NCBI GenBank assembly: GCA_947588275.1
Contig: CANPYJ010000002.1
Coordinates: 2,216 to 66,215, forward strand
Source: an uncultured Alphaproteobacteria bacterium
GTDB taxonomy: Bacteria > Pseudomonadota > Alphaproteobacteria > RF32 > CAG-239
DNA: 64,000 nt
Direction: 5' to 3'
Part shown: positions 35,890 to 45,251 of the stretch, in pieces
Layout: every line of letters starts with the position of its first letter
How positions within the stretch are numbered: the stretch's first letter is position 1
Notes under the pieces: model-generated
Told to the model about the DNA's origin: nothing
Seen by the model: only the letters and a program-made list of their open reading frames with translations
Database searches by the model: none
Program-made: the position numbers and the translations under genes

Positions 35890-36772
35890 CTTTTTCCTGG
35901 GGTGTGCAGGCTTGCGGGCGGATTATCATTATCTTTTTAATGCGGCGCGGATCGACTTCCAGAATGCGGAATTTGAGTCCGTCGACGTCTTCTATGATTT
36001 CGCCGCGTGAGGGAATCCGCTGCGCCAAATTAAAGACATAGCCGCCCAAAGTTTCAATTTCTTCGGCATCAGGTTGCTCAAGTTTTTGTGCCAGGTCAAT
36101 GTTGCAGGCTTCTTTGATTTCTTCAAGTTCGGCTTTGGCGTCGGCAATGATTTCGCCGTTGTTTTGAACAATGATAATCGGGTCTTCGTCCAAATCGTAT
36201 TCGTCTTCAATATCTCCGACAATTTCTTCCAGCAAGTCTTCTATGGTTACCAGACCGTCAATTCCGCCGTATTCATCCACGACCATCACCATGTGTACTT
36301 TGTGAAGCTGCATTTCGCGCAATAAGTCCAATACGCGCATTGATGGAGACACGAATTTGACATTGGGCGTGATAATCTCGGACACGCGGCATTTTTGCCT
36401 GCCGCGAACCAGATGCTTGACCAAATCCAAAACGTGCATGATGCCGACGACGTCATCGAGCGAACTGTCATATACCGGAATGCGCGAATGCCCTTTGGTG
36501 AGCATTAGTTCGGCCAGCTCTTCCAAGGTGCCGTCCTGACAAAAGCCGACAATGTCGGCACGCGGCACCATGGCATCGGCGCATTTTTTATCGCGCAGGC
36601 ATAGAATATTGTTAAGCAGCAGTTGCTCGTGTTCCGAAAATTGTTCTTCGCCGTTGGTGGAGGCTTCTTCAATCAAATCTTCAATCGTTTCGCGGACGGT
36701 TTCGGATTGGCGGCGGTGAAAAAGCCGGCCAAGCAGGCCGCAGACGGACGAATTTTTGGCGTCGTCAGACAT
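35882..36772 (-). CDS. corC: CorC/HlyC-family CBS-domain magnesium/cobalt efflux protein
   Basis: CBS pair plus a CorC_HlyC C-terminal domain. The ATG at 36772 has a GAGGAG RBS. The ORF-track start at 36787 overlaps ybeY. Confidence 0.85.
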   Translation of the reverse strand: MSDDAKNSSVCGLLGRLFHRRQSETVRETIEDLIEEASTNGEEQFSEHEQLLLNNILCLRDKKCADAMVPRADIVGFCQDGTLEELAELMLTKGHSRIPVYDSSLDDVVGIMHVLDLVKHLVRGRQKCRVSEIITPNVKFVSPSMRVLDLLREMQLHKVHMVMVVDEYGGIDGLVTIEDLLEEIVGDIEDEYDLDEDPIIIVQNNGEIIADAKAELEEIKEACNIDLAQKLEQPDAEEIETLGGYVFNLAQRIPSRGEIIEDVDGLKFRILEVDPRRIKKIMIIRPQACTPQEKDD

Positions 36773-36776
36773 AAGT

Positions 36777-37277
36777 TTACTCCTCATAGGGGTTTTTGAT
36801 GTTCATTTGGCGCAAAATGTCTATTTCAAGCTGTTCCATTATTTGAGCCTCGGCATCCGTTTGATGATCGAATCCGTATAAGTGCAGCAAACCATGAACC
36901 AGTAAATGGCAGAAATGGTCGTGCAGGCTGATGTTTTGGATTTGGGCTTCGCGCCGCAAAGTTTCCAAGGCCATTATCATATCGCCCAAGTCAAAAGTCT
37001 GATCGTCGGGCAGGGGAGCAAAGTCCGGATCGTCCAAATGAGCAAAAGACAAGATGTTTGTCGGCTTGTCAAGGCCGCGGAATTCTTTGTTTAAAATCTG
37101 CACGGCCGCATCGTCGGCGAGCTGCAGGTTGGCCGAAAGCGGCAGTTCAGTCTGCAACCGGTCTTTAAGCCTTGCGGCAACCAAGGCGAACACATCGGTG
37201 CCGATGGTTTCGGCAGCGGGCAAATCTTTGCGCCAGCCGGAAGCGGCAACAGTCAGATTAAGACGCGGCTTATTCAT
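36777..37277 (-). CDS. ybeY: rRNA maturation endoribonuclease YbeY
   Basis: Zinc motif HGLLHLYGFDH. The start MNKPRLNL at 37277 overlaps the phoH stop. Confidence 0.92.
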   Translation of the reverse strand: MNKPRLNLTVAASGWRKDLPAAETIGTDVFALVAARLKDRLQTELPLSANLQLADDAAVQILNKEFRGLDKPTNILSFAHLDDPDFAPLPDDQTFDLGDMIMALETLRREAQIQNISLHDHFCHLLVHGLLHLYGFDHQTDAEAQIMEQLEIDILRQMNIKNPYEE

Positions 37278-38235
37278 CACCGTATTCTTTCTTGCTTCGT
37301 TCCTCGTAGGCTTTGACGATTTTGGCAACCAGACCGTGGCGGACGACGTCGGCGGCGTTAAAGCGTACCGAGCTGATGCTTTCGGTTCCTTTAAGAATAT
37401 CCAGCGCATCGCGCAGGCCGGAAATGGTGCCGCGCGGCAAGTCGACTTGGCTTAGGTCGCCGTTGATGACCATGCGCGAGTTTTCGCCGAGACGCGTCAA
37501 AAACATTTTCATCTGCATCGGGGTGGTGTTTTGCGCCTCATCCAAAATGACAAAAGCATTGGAAAGCGTGCGGCCGCGCATAAAGGCCAGCGGCGCAATC
37601 TCAATTTCGCCCAAGGCAATTTTTTTATCCACTTGTTCGGCCGGCAGCATTTCGTAGAGAGCGTCGTAGAGCGGGCGAAGGTACGGGTCGACCTTTTCTT
37701 TGAGGTCTCCCGGCAAAAAGCCCAGGTTTTCGCCGGCTTCCACGGCCGGACGCGAAAGGATGATTTTGTCGATGCGGCCTTCAAGCATCATCGAGACGGC
37801 CAGCGCTACCGCCAAATAGGTTTTGCCGGTACCGGCGGGGCCTAAGCCGAAAACCAACTCATTTTTCAGCATTTCCTGAATATAGAGGGCTTGGGTGGCC
37901 GACCGCGGATAAATATGGCGTTTTTTGGTTTTGAGAACAATATTGCTCAAATCCTGGGCAGTGGCACTGTCCGATTGACCGCCGCAGATGCGGATGGCGG
38001 CTTTGACTTCTTCTTCGCCGATGGCAATGCCTTTGCTGACTTTGTCGTATAAAACGTCAATTGCGGTTTGAGCCTGCGCGGCGGCTTCGGCTGGACCCTT
38101 GATATTCATCTGATTGCCAAAAGAAGTGATTTCAACGCCCAAAATTTTTTCCATCAGTCGCAGATTGGCATCCTGCGCGCCGACAAGCTGTTGGACAAGA
38201 GTGTTGTTGTAGAGTTCAAAATTGATTTCCGCCAT
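37270..38235 (-). CDS. ybeZ: PhoH-like ATPase (YbeZ)
   Basis: Walker A GPAGTGKTYLAVA. Conserved miaB-phoH-ybeY order. Confidence 0.92.
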   Translation of the reverse strand: MAEINFELYNNTLVQQLVGAQDANLRLMEKILGVEITSFGNQMNIKGPAEAAAQAQTAIDVLYDKVSKGIAIGEEEVKAAIRICGGQSDSATAQDLSNIVLKTKKRHIYPRSATQALYIQEMLKNELVFGLGPAGTGKTYLAVALAVSMMLEGRIDKIILSRPAVEAGENLGFLPGDLKEKVDPYLRPLYDALYEMLPAEQVDKKIALGEIEIAPLAFMRGRTLSNAFVILDEAQNTTPMQMKMFLTRLGENSRMVINGDLSQVDLPRGTISGLRDALDILKGTESISSVRFNAADVVRHGLVAKIVKAYEERSKKEYGDE

Positions 38236-38238
38236 ATT

Positions 38239-39573
38239 TTAGTTTCCTTCTTTTTGGCCGGCCAGCGAGTTGACGTTGGCGTCGGTAATTTTGATGTTGA
38301 CAATGCGGTTGAGATATTCGGCCGCAAGGCTGCTGTGGACGTTTTGCATATAGGGAGAGCGTCCGATAAGCTCTCCCTTATGGCGTCCTTTGATGTCGAA
38401 CAGTACCGGCATAATTTTACCGACACTTTCTTTATTAAACTTTAATTGATATGAAAATAAAAGCTCTTGCAAGGTTTCCAAGCGCTGTTTTTTGATTTTT
38501 TCTTCTATCTGATTGGGCATCAGAGCCGCCGGCGTGCCGGCGCGGCGGGAATATTTGAACGAGAAAGCCTGTGCAAATCCGACTTGGCGTATCAAGTTGA
38601 GCGTGGCTTCAAAGTCTTGGTCGGTCTCACCGGGGAATCCGACAATAAAGTCTGACGAAAACTGTAAGTCCGGCCTAGCGGCTTTGAGCTTGCCGATGAT
38701 TTCCAGATATTGGCCGCTGGTATGGCGACGGTTCATGGCTTTAAGGATTTTGTCCGATCCTGACTGTACCGGCAAGTGCAAATAAGGCATCAGCTGCGGC
38801 AAGTCATGATGACAGGCAATCAGTTCATCGTCTATGTCAGCTGGGTAAGAAGTGGTGTAACGAATGCGCTCGAGCCCTTTAATCTCGGCCAAGCAGCGCA
38901 AGAGCCACGCCAGATTGCGTTCTTTGCCGGCGGCATCGACACCGTGATAAGAATTGACGTTTTGGCCCAATAAGTTGATTTCGACCGAACCTCCCTCTAC
39001 CAAAGTTTTGGCTTCGGCGACCACATCGGCAATCGGGCGCGAAGTTTCGATACCGCGGGTGTAGGGTACGATGCAATAGGTGCAGAAGTTGTCGCAGCCT
39101 TCCTGAATGGCCAGATAAGAACAGCCGCCCATTGATTTATTGGCAGGCAGAAAGTCAAATTTTGATTCCGGCGGAAATTCGGTGTCTATCAGCGGTATTC
39201 CCCGTCGGCGCGAAACTTTTTGCAGGATTTCGGGCAGTCGATGATAGGTGAGCGGGCCGGTGGCAAAATCTATGAATGGCGCGCGGCGCGCAATTTCTTC
39301 GTCTTCGGCCTGCACCACACAACCAACCACGCCGATAACGGTGTCTTTGCCGGCGGCTTGGCGTTCTTCGCGAACAAGGTTCAGGCGGCCCAAGTCGGAG
39401 AAAACTTTTTCGGCCGCTTTCTCGCGAATATGACAGGTGTTGAATATCACCAAATCGGCGTCTGCCAAGGTTGACGCCGCAGTATATCCCAAACTTTCCA
39501 AGATGGCGGCAATTCGGTGCGAATCGTATACATTCATCTGGCAGCCGAATGTCTTGATATAGTAGTGTTTCAT
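38239..39573 (-). CDS. miaB: tRNA-2-methylthio-N6-dimethylallyladenosine synthase
   Basis: UPF0004 N-terminus (TFGCQMN), radical-SAM motif CDNFCTYC and a TRAM C-terminus. Confidence 0.93.
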   Translation of the reverse strand: MKHYYIKTFGCQMNVYDSHRIAAILESLGYTAASTLADADLVIFNTCHIREKAAEKVFSDLGRLNLVREERQAAGKDTVIGVVGCVVQAEDEEIARRAPFIDFATGPLTYHRLPEILQKVSRRRGIPLIDTEFPPESKFDFLPANKSMGGCSYLAIQEGCDNFCTYCIVPYTRGIETSRPIADVVAEAKTLVEGGSVEINLLGQNVNSYHGVDAAGKERNLAWLLRCLAEIKGLERIRYTTSYPADIDDELIACHHDLPQLMPYLHLPVQSGSDKILKAMNRRHTSGQYLEIIGKLKAARPDLQFSSDFIVGFPGETDQDFEATLNLIRQVGFAQAFSFKYSRRAGTPAALMPNQIEEKIKKQRLETLQELLFSYQLKFNKESVGKIMPVLFDIKGRHKGELIGRSPYMQNVHSSLAAEYLNRIVNIKITDANVNSLAGQKEGN

Positions 39574-39720
39574 CAGAATCCGCTGTATTTCTTCAATTGC
39601 TTCTACGATAAGCTATAAGCGTTATAATTTCAAATGTTTTTTGCATTTTTACTTTTTAATTGTAAATTAAGGAAAAAACGGTTATGCTAAAGACAGCGCA
39701 ATTTCAGGAAAGGAACGCCG

Positions 39721-40158
39721 ATGTCGGAGTTAAATACGGAGAAAGATTTGAGCTATGTTTCGGAAATGTCGGAAAACGAACGCCGGATTTTTTTGGAAAT
39801 TTTGGTTGGGCTGGCACATATTGACGGGGTTATGGATGCCGGCGAGCAGGAGTTTATCGCCGATTTGGCTGCGGCACTGAAAGTTACTGTCGGCAAAGAG
39901 ATTAAACCAATGTCCGATGATGAAATCGTTGCTTGTGCCAAACAAATTACCGGTCGGCGCACGGCAATGGAGTTGGTGAAGGAAATGTGCATGCTGGCCA
40001 ATTCGGACGGCGATCTTTCGGACAGAGAAACCCTGCTTATCGGCCGGGTCGGCCTGGCCATGGGGTTGGAGCTGGAAAAAGTGGAGCAAATCAGCCAGTG
40101 GGTCATCGATCACATTGTCTGGTTGGAGGAAGGTAAGATTATTTTTGAAAAAGTTTAA
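39721..40158 (+). CDS. TerB-like (tellurite-resistance/DjlA N-terminal type) domain protein
   Basis: 145 aa. Two repeats match the TerB-fold pattern: LVGLAHIDGVMDAGEQEFIADLA and MLANSDGDLSDRETLLIGRV. Confidence 0.5.
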   Translation: MSELNTEKDLSYVSEMSENERRIFLEILVGLAHIDGVMDAGEQEFIADLAAALKVTVGKEIKPMSDDEIVACAKQITGRRTAMELVKEMCMLANSDGDLSDRETLLIGRVGLAMGLELEKVEQISQWVIDHIVWLEEGKIIFEKV

Positions 40159-40188
40159 GCCGCAACTGAAAAAAGGGAGATGTTCCCA

Positions 40189-41217
40189 ATGCAATACGAT
40201 GACAACAGCAAACTTAATCGCGATTTAAGAGAATACGCCGTCTTGATGAGCGGAATGAACGAGTATGAAAAAGTGCGCAATCGCAATTTTCGGCCTGTCG
40301 CCCAAACGCCGCTGGAAGAAAAGGCGCGCATGGAAAACATGGTTGCGCAGATGCGGCGCGAAGACCCCGCTTTTGTGAAAAAATATGCCAAAGAGACGGT
40401 CAGTCATCTTGTAAAAAATACTCCGCTGCGGCAGCTGAAGTTTGACAATAAGGAAATTCCGGTTTCGGATTTGAGCTATATGCTGGCCGAATCTTTGCAA
40501 TATTTGTATTCATCGGAAGATCCGCGCGCCGAATATTATAATTGGGTGGAAGAACAACGCAAAATCGAGGTTGAAATCAATACCAACGGAACAACTGACG
40601 AAGAGATTGCCGAACGTACGAAATTTTTGGGCTTTTTGGATGACCGCGAAACAGAGCTTAAACTTGTGATTGCGCTTTATCAGTCGGCGGCGCGCGGCAG
40701 TGTCGGATATTACAAGGAAATGGCTCTCAACAAGTTGAGTTTCTTGAACTTTAAGCTTTCGGAACTGCGGCGTCTGCGCGAGCGCACCGAGCAGACCAAG
40801 AGCAAATCCGATGAGCAGGAACGGCGCGAGCGCGCACTTATGGAATCTGCACAAAAAGGCGCCGCGGCGCTGGCGATGACGGCTACGGTCGGCGGGCTGG
40901 CTCAATATGCGCAGAACCGTGCACATGAAGACGAATTTATGAGCGCGATGGAAAATGTACATCCGGTGTATCGGCCGGTTACCCGTTCGGTCAACGATAT
41001 TATGGCCAAAAAGGAAACTTTGTTGCGCAATCGCGCGATTATGCGCGAGAATCTGATGGCTTTGCGGATGGGCAAAAGTTTGGAGCAAGTACGTCGGGAA
41101 CAACAAGAGGACGAAAATGAAGATTCGCTTTTGATTCGCCGGCGAATTGAGCGTTTGCGCGGATTTGAGCGCGACCGTTTCTATGATTTGAACCGTGACG
41201 CCCGCGAATACGCATAA
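40189..41217 (+). CDS. hypothetical charged coiled-coil protein
   Basis: About 342 aa, E/R/K-rich, with no TM helix or signal peptide. GGGAG lies 9 nt before the ATG at 40189; the ORF-track start is 40180. It begins 22-31 nt after the TerB-like gene. Confidence 0.55.
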   Translation: MQYDDNSKLNRDLREYAVLMSGMNEYEKVRNRNFRPVAQTPLEEKARMENMVAQMRREDPAFVKKYAKETVSHLVKNTPLRQLKFDNKEIPVSDLSYMLAESLQYLYSSEDPRAEYYNWVEEQRKIEVEINTNGTTDEEIAERTKFLGFLDDRETELKLVIALYQSAARGSVGYYKEMALNKLSFLNFKLSELRRLRERTEQTKSKSDEQERRERALMESAQKGAAALAMTATVGGLAQYAQNRAHEDEFMSAMENVHPVYRPVTRSVNDIMAKKETLLRNRAIMRENLMALRMGKSLEQVRREQQEDENEDSLLIRRRIERLRGFERDRFYDLNRDAREYA

Positions 41218-41290
41218 TGCGTTTTGGGGTTGACAGTTCTTATCGTCTGAGGTATCAACAAAACAGATTGTTTGTTTAAGGAGAAACCTG

Positions 41291-41593
41291 ATGGGCGTTA
41301 TTTTTGAGCCTTTTCTATATATTATCGGACTGTTGGTCGACATCTATTTTAAAATTGTCGTGGTTCAGGTCGTTTTGTATTGGCTGATGCATTTTAAGGT
41401 GCTGGAGCCTTCCAATAAATATGCTCTGAAGACGGTCGAAATTTTGGACAAGCTTACGGCTCCGGTCTATAAAAAAATTGCTTCCAAAGTGCCGCCGTTT
41501 GCGGGGATTGATTTTTCGCCGTTTATTCTTTTGCTGGCGCTGATTTTTGTCAGCCGTCTGATTATCCGGCTGACGGCCGTGTTAACAATGTAG
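41291..41593 (+). CDS. yggT: YggT-family membrane protein
   Basis: 100 aa with two TM helices. It is followed by DUF167 as in the yggS-yggT-yggU arrangement. Confidence 0.75.
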   Translation: MGVIFEPFLYIIGLLVDIYFKIVVVQVVLYWLMHFKVLEPSNKYALKTVEILDKLTAPVYKKIASKVPPFAGIDFSPFILLLALIFVSRLIIRLTAVLTM

Positions 41594-41602
41594 GACAGCG
41601 GC

Positions 41603-41908
41603 TTGGTTTTTGATGAAAATCAGCAAGGAATCGTTTTGAGAGTTAGGCTTGCGCCTAACTCTTCTTGTTGTAAAACGAACGGTGTTTTTGTCGACGCAGA
41701 CGGAACGCAATGGCTTAAGATTCAGGTTGTGAGCGTGGCCGAAAAAGGGCGCGCCAATCAGGAGCTTATCAAATTTTTGGCGGCGGAACTGAAACTGGCC
41801 AAGTCAAACATCAAAATCATCGGCGGCGAACTTGACCGCTACAAAAGGATTGAAATTTGCTGCGACAAAACCGCAGCGGCAAAGTGGATTGAGGAGAACT
41901 GCAAATGA
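41603..41908 (+). CDS. DUF167 (YggU) family protein
   Basis: TTG start. GRANQELIKFLAAELKLAKSNIKIIGGELDRYK fits the YggU signature. Confidence 0.75.
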   Translation: MVFDENQQGIVLRVRLAPNSSCCKTNGVFVDADGTQWLKIQVVSVAEKGRANQELIKFLAAELKLAKSNIKIIGGELDRYKRIEICCDKTAAAKWIEENCK

Positions 41909-42804
41909 CGGCGCAAATTTTAGACGGCAAAAAACTTGCGGCGGATGTGCGCGCGGAACTCGCACACAAGGTGGCGGCGCTGTCCGGCGACAATGTGCCG
42001 GTGTTGGCAGTGGTGTTGGTGGGTGACAACGAAGCCAGCCGGATTTATGTGCGCAATAAGAAAAAAGCCGCGGCCGAAGTCGGCATCGTCTGCGAGGTTT
42101 TTGAGATGTCCGATACTATCGGCGAGCAGGCTCTGTTGGCGGTGATAGACGAACTCAACGAAAATCCGCATGTCAGCGGGATTATTGTTCAGTTGCCGCT
42201 GCCCGCACATATCAATCCTTTGAAAATTTTGGCGGCCATTCGTCCGCAAAAAGATGTCGACGGTTTTAATCCCTATAATGCCGGACTGTTGGCATGCCGC
42301 GAGCCGCAAGCGGTGGTTTCGGCAACGCCCAAGGGTATCTTGCGGCTTTTGCAAAGCACGGGTATGAATTTGGCCGGCAAGCATGTGGTGGTTATCGGAC
42401 GTTCCAATATTGTCGGCCGGCCAGCGGCTATGTTACTTTTGAACCACGATTGTACGGTTACGATAACGCATTCGCACACGCGCAATTTGCCGGAGCTGAC
42501 ACGGCAGGCCGATATTGTTGTGGCGGCCTGCGGTTGTCCGAAGCTGGTTAAAAAAGATTGGATCAAGTTCGGCGCGGTGGTTATTGATGTCGGAATTAAC
42601 CGGCTTGACGGTAAATTGTGCGGCGATGTCGATTTTGAGCAAGTGAAGGAAATCGCTTCTTACATCACGCCGGTGCCGGGGGGTGTGGGGCCGATGACGG
42701 TGGCTATGCTTTTGGAAAATACATATGAGGCGGCTTTGCGTCAGCCGACGCATGAGTGTTGTCACGGGCACGGTCATTGCGGTTGCCACAAACATAACGA
42801 CTGA
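41905..42804 (+). CDS. folD: bifunctional methylenetetrahydrofolate dehydrogenase/cyclohydrolase
   Basis: VGDNEASRIYVRNK, GIIVQLPLP, VVIGRSNIVGRP and TPVPGGVGPMT. It carries an unusual C-terminal His/Cys tail. Confidence 0.95.
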   Translation: MTAQILDGKKLAADVRAELAHKVAALSGDNVPVLAVVLVGDNEASRIYVRNKKKAAAEVGIVCEVFEMSDTIGEQALLAVIDELNENPHVSGIIVQLPLPAHINPLKILAAIRPQKDVDGFNPYNAGLLACREPQAVVSATPKGILRLLQSTGMNLAGKHVVVIGRSNIVGRPAAMLLLNHDCTVTITHSHTRNLPELTRQADIVVAACGCPKLVKKDWIKFGAVVIDVGINRLDGKLCGDVDFEQVKEIASYITPVPGGVGPMTVAMLLENTYEAALRQPTHECCHGHGHCGCHKHND

Positions 42805-42816
42805 GGAGCGGCGCAA

Positions 42817-43431
42817 ATGAACAACTCGTCTGAAAGCAAAGGTTGGCGGGGAATCGTGCAGCGAACTTATAATTTGATGCTGAGTCTGGCGGCCAACCGG
42901 CGGGCAATGTTGTTTTTGTCTCTGGTAGCTTTTGCCGAGAGTTCATTTTTTCCGATTCCGCCTGACATTATGCTAATTCCGATGGTTTTGGCCATGCCTG
43001 ACAAAGCATGGCGGATTGCCGCCACAGCCACGGCGGCAAGCGTCGTCGGCGGATTTTTCGGCTATGGAATCGGCGTTTTTTTCTTCGATTTGATTGCCCG
43101 GCCAATTTTGGACTTTTATGGCTATATGCAGCAGTTTAACGCGTTTAAGGAGTGTTATCATCAATGGGGCGCGTGGATTGTGTTTGGTGCCGGCATCACG
43201 CCTTTTCCCTATAAAGTCATTACGATTGCCAGCGGCGTGGTGCGGCTGGATCTGCTGACTTTTGGCGTAGCATCGGTAGCAGCGCGCGGCATCAGGTTTT
43301 ATTTGGTGGCTTGGTTGCTTAAAAAGTATGGTGCGCCGATGAAAGTGTTTATCGAAAAGCACCTCGGCATTTTGTCGATTTTGTTTGTGGTTTTGTTGGT
43401 GGGCGGTTTTGTCCTCATCAAATATTTATAG
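42817..43431 (+). CDS. DedA/YqaA-family membrane protein
   Basis: SSFFPIPPD motif and 4-5 TM helices. Confidence 0.8.
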   Translation: MNNSSESKGWRGIVQRTYNLMLSLAANRRAMLFLSLVAFAESSFFPIPPDIMLIPMVLAMPDKAWRIAATATAASVVGGFFGYGIGVFFFDLIARPILDFYGYMQQFNAFKECYHQWGAWIVFGAGITPFPYKVITIASGVVRLDLLTFGVASVAARGIRFYLVAWLLKKYGAPMKVFIEKHLGILSILFVVLLVGGFVLIKYL

Positions 43432-44058
43432 ACGTTTGTCACCGCAGCGGCAAAATTCGGTTATCGGACAGGCAGCGCAATCGGGTTTTTGGGCTTTGCA
43501 GACGTAACGACCGAACAAAACCAGCCAATGATTGATGTGCAGGCGGTAAGAATCCGGAAGTTTGTTAAGGTCGGACTCCACTGCGAGAGGGGTATTGCCG
43601 TCGCTCAATTCCAGTCTGGAGGCCAGCCGCAAGACGTGAGTATCAACGGCTACCGTGGGCTGATGCCACCATACGTTCAACAGCACGTTGGCGGTTTTGC
43701 GGCCGACACCGGGCAAAGATTCCAAAATTTCACGTTCAGGCGGAACTTCGCCGTTGCACTCGTCAACCAAACGGCGGCTTAATTCCATAATATTTTTGGC
43801 TTTGTTGTTATATAGACCGATGGTCTTGATGTGCTCTTTGAGCTTATCGATTCCAAGGTCAAGCATCTTTTGCGGCGTGTCGGCAATTTTGAACAACTCG
43901 GCAGTGGCTTTGTTGACGCCTTTGTCGGTACTTTGTGCCGAGAGCACAATCGCTATCAACAAGGTATAGGCATTGTGATAATGCAATTCGCTGCCGGGGT
44001 TGGGATCGGCGGCTTTAAACACGTCTAAAATTCGGCAGATTTCGTTTAAGGGTCTCAT
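43426..44058 (-). CDS. nth: endonuclease III
   Basis: HhH-GPD motif LPGVGRKTANV and the [4Fe-4S] cysteine motif CKAQKPDCAACPITEFC. Confidence 0.95.
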   Translation of the reverse strand: MRPLNEICRILDVFKAADPNPGSELHYHNAYTLLIAIVLSAQSTDKGVNKATAELFKIADTPQKMLDLGIDKLKEHIKTIGLYNNKAKNIMELSRRLVDECNGEVPPEREILESLPGVGRKTANVLLNVWWHQPTVAVDTHVLRLASRLELSDGNTPLAVESDLNKLPDSYRLHINHWLVLFGRYVCKAQKPDCAACPITEFCRCGDKRL

Positions 44059-45131
44059 GCTTTTATACCTCCGGCGCCGGCGGCTTTGGGCGCATTGGTA
44101 TCCAGCGGCCAGCGCGGGCGCGGCTTAAAATCCAAAGAATCAAACATACCGCGAAGCGCCCGTTCCATTCCGGCCCAAGCAATCATAACTCCGTTGTCGG
44201 TGCATAGGCGAACCGGCGGTGCCGAAAAAATGAGGCCTTCGGTTGCAGCCAAAGTCTGAAGACGTGCGCGTAAATAAGTATTGGCCGCCACACCGCCGGC
44301 CACAACCAAGTTTTGGCCTTCGGGATATTTTTGGCGATAGCAGACAAGAGCCTTCTGCAATTTATAAATCAGGCTGTCGGCCACGGCTTTTTGAAAGCTG
44401 GCGCAAATGTCGGCCACGGTTTGTTTGGGCAAAATGGCGTGTTCTATGTTGTTATCTGGGGCATACGATTCAATGATTTTGCGCACCGCCGTTTTGAGGC
44501 CAGAAAAAGACAGATTGCAGTCTCCGGAGTTTTGCAGGGGTCGGGGCAAGACAAAACGCGAATCGTTGCCGAGCGTGGCGGCTTTTTCTATCATCGGACC
44601 ACCGGGGTATCCGAGTCCCAACATTTTGGCCACCTTGTCAAAAGCTTCACCGGCGGCATCGTCTATGGTGGTGCCGAGACGTTCAAAATCGCCGACATTT
44701 TTGACAATCAAAATTTGGCAATGTCCGCCGGAAACCAACAACAGCAAATAAGGATAACTCACATTGCAGGTCAGCCGCGCGGTCAGAGCGTGGCCTTCCA
44801 AGTGATTGATGGCGATAAACGGTTTGCCAAGTGCCAAAGCCAAAGATTTGGCCGCCATAACCCCAACCGTCACGCCGCCGATAAGCCCCGGTCCTGAGGC
44901 GGCCGCCACGGCGTCGATGTCTTGCGGTTGAAGCCGCGCTTTTTTGAACGTTTCGGCCAAAATGTCTTCAATATGGTCGAGGTGGGCGCGTGCCGCAATC
45001 TCCGGAACGACACCGCCAAAAGGTTTGTGTTCCAGCTGAGTGAGCACGCATTCTCCCAAGATTTGACGCTGGTCATTGACTATTGCCGCGGCCGTTTCAT
45101 CGCAGCTGCTTTCTATTCCCAAAACAATCAT
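44055..45131 (-). CDS. tsaD: tRNA N6-adenosine threonylcarbamoyltransferase
   Basis: GIESSCDETA and INHLEGH. 358 aa. Confidence 0.95.
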   Translation of the reverse strand: MIVLGIESSCDETAAAIVNDQRQILGECVLTQLEHKPFGGVVPEIAARAHLDHIEDILAETFKKARLQPQDIDAVAAASGPGLIGGVTVGVMAAKSLALALGKPFIAINHLEGHALTARLTCNVSYPYLLLLVSGGHCQILIVKNVGDFERLGTTIDDAAGEAFDKVAKMLGLGYPGGPMIEKAATLGNDSRFVLPRPLQNSGDCNLSFSGLKTAVRKIIESYAPDNNIEHAILPKQTVADICASFQKAVADSLIYKLQKALVCYRQKYPEGQNLVVAGGVAANTYLRARLQTLAATEGLIFSAPPVRLCTDNGVMIAWAGMERALRGMFDSLDFKPRPRWPLDTNAPKAAGAGGIKA

Positions 45132-45251
45132 ATTTGTATCCTTGCCGCGGCAATGTTTATTACCGCCAACTATTTATTGCCATTTTTTTTATATTATATA
45201 CACTACTAAATTATAAAAGCCAAGAATTTAGTGCAAAATGAGGAAAATGCC

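Noticed and set aside
40510-41343. A 277-aa minus-strand ORF opposite the 40189-41217 hypothetical gene.
   Set aside because: It has no RBS and would run into yggT. The plus-strand frame has an RBS and a more protein-like composition. Neither frame has a known family, so some uncertainty remains.
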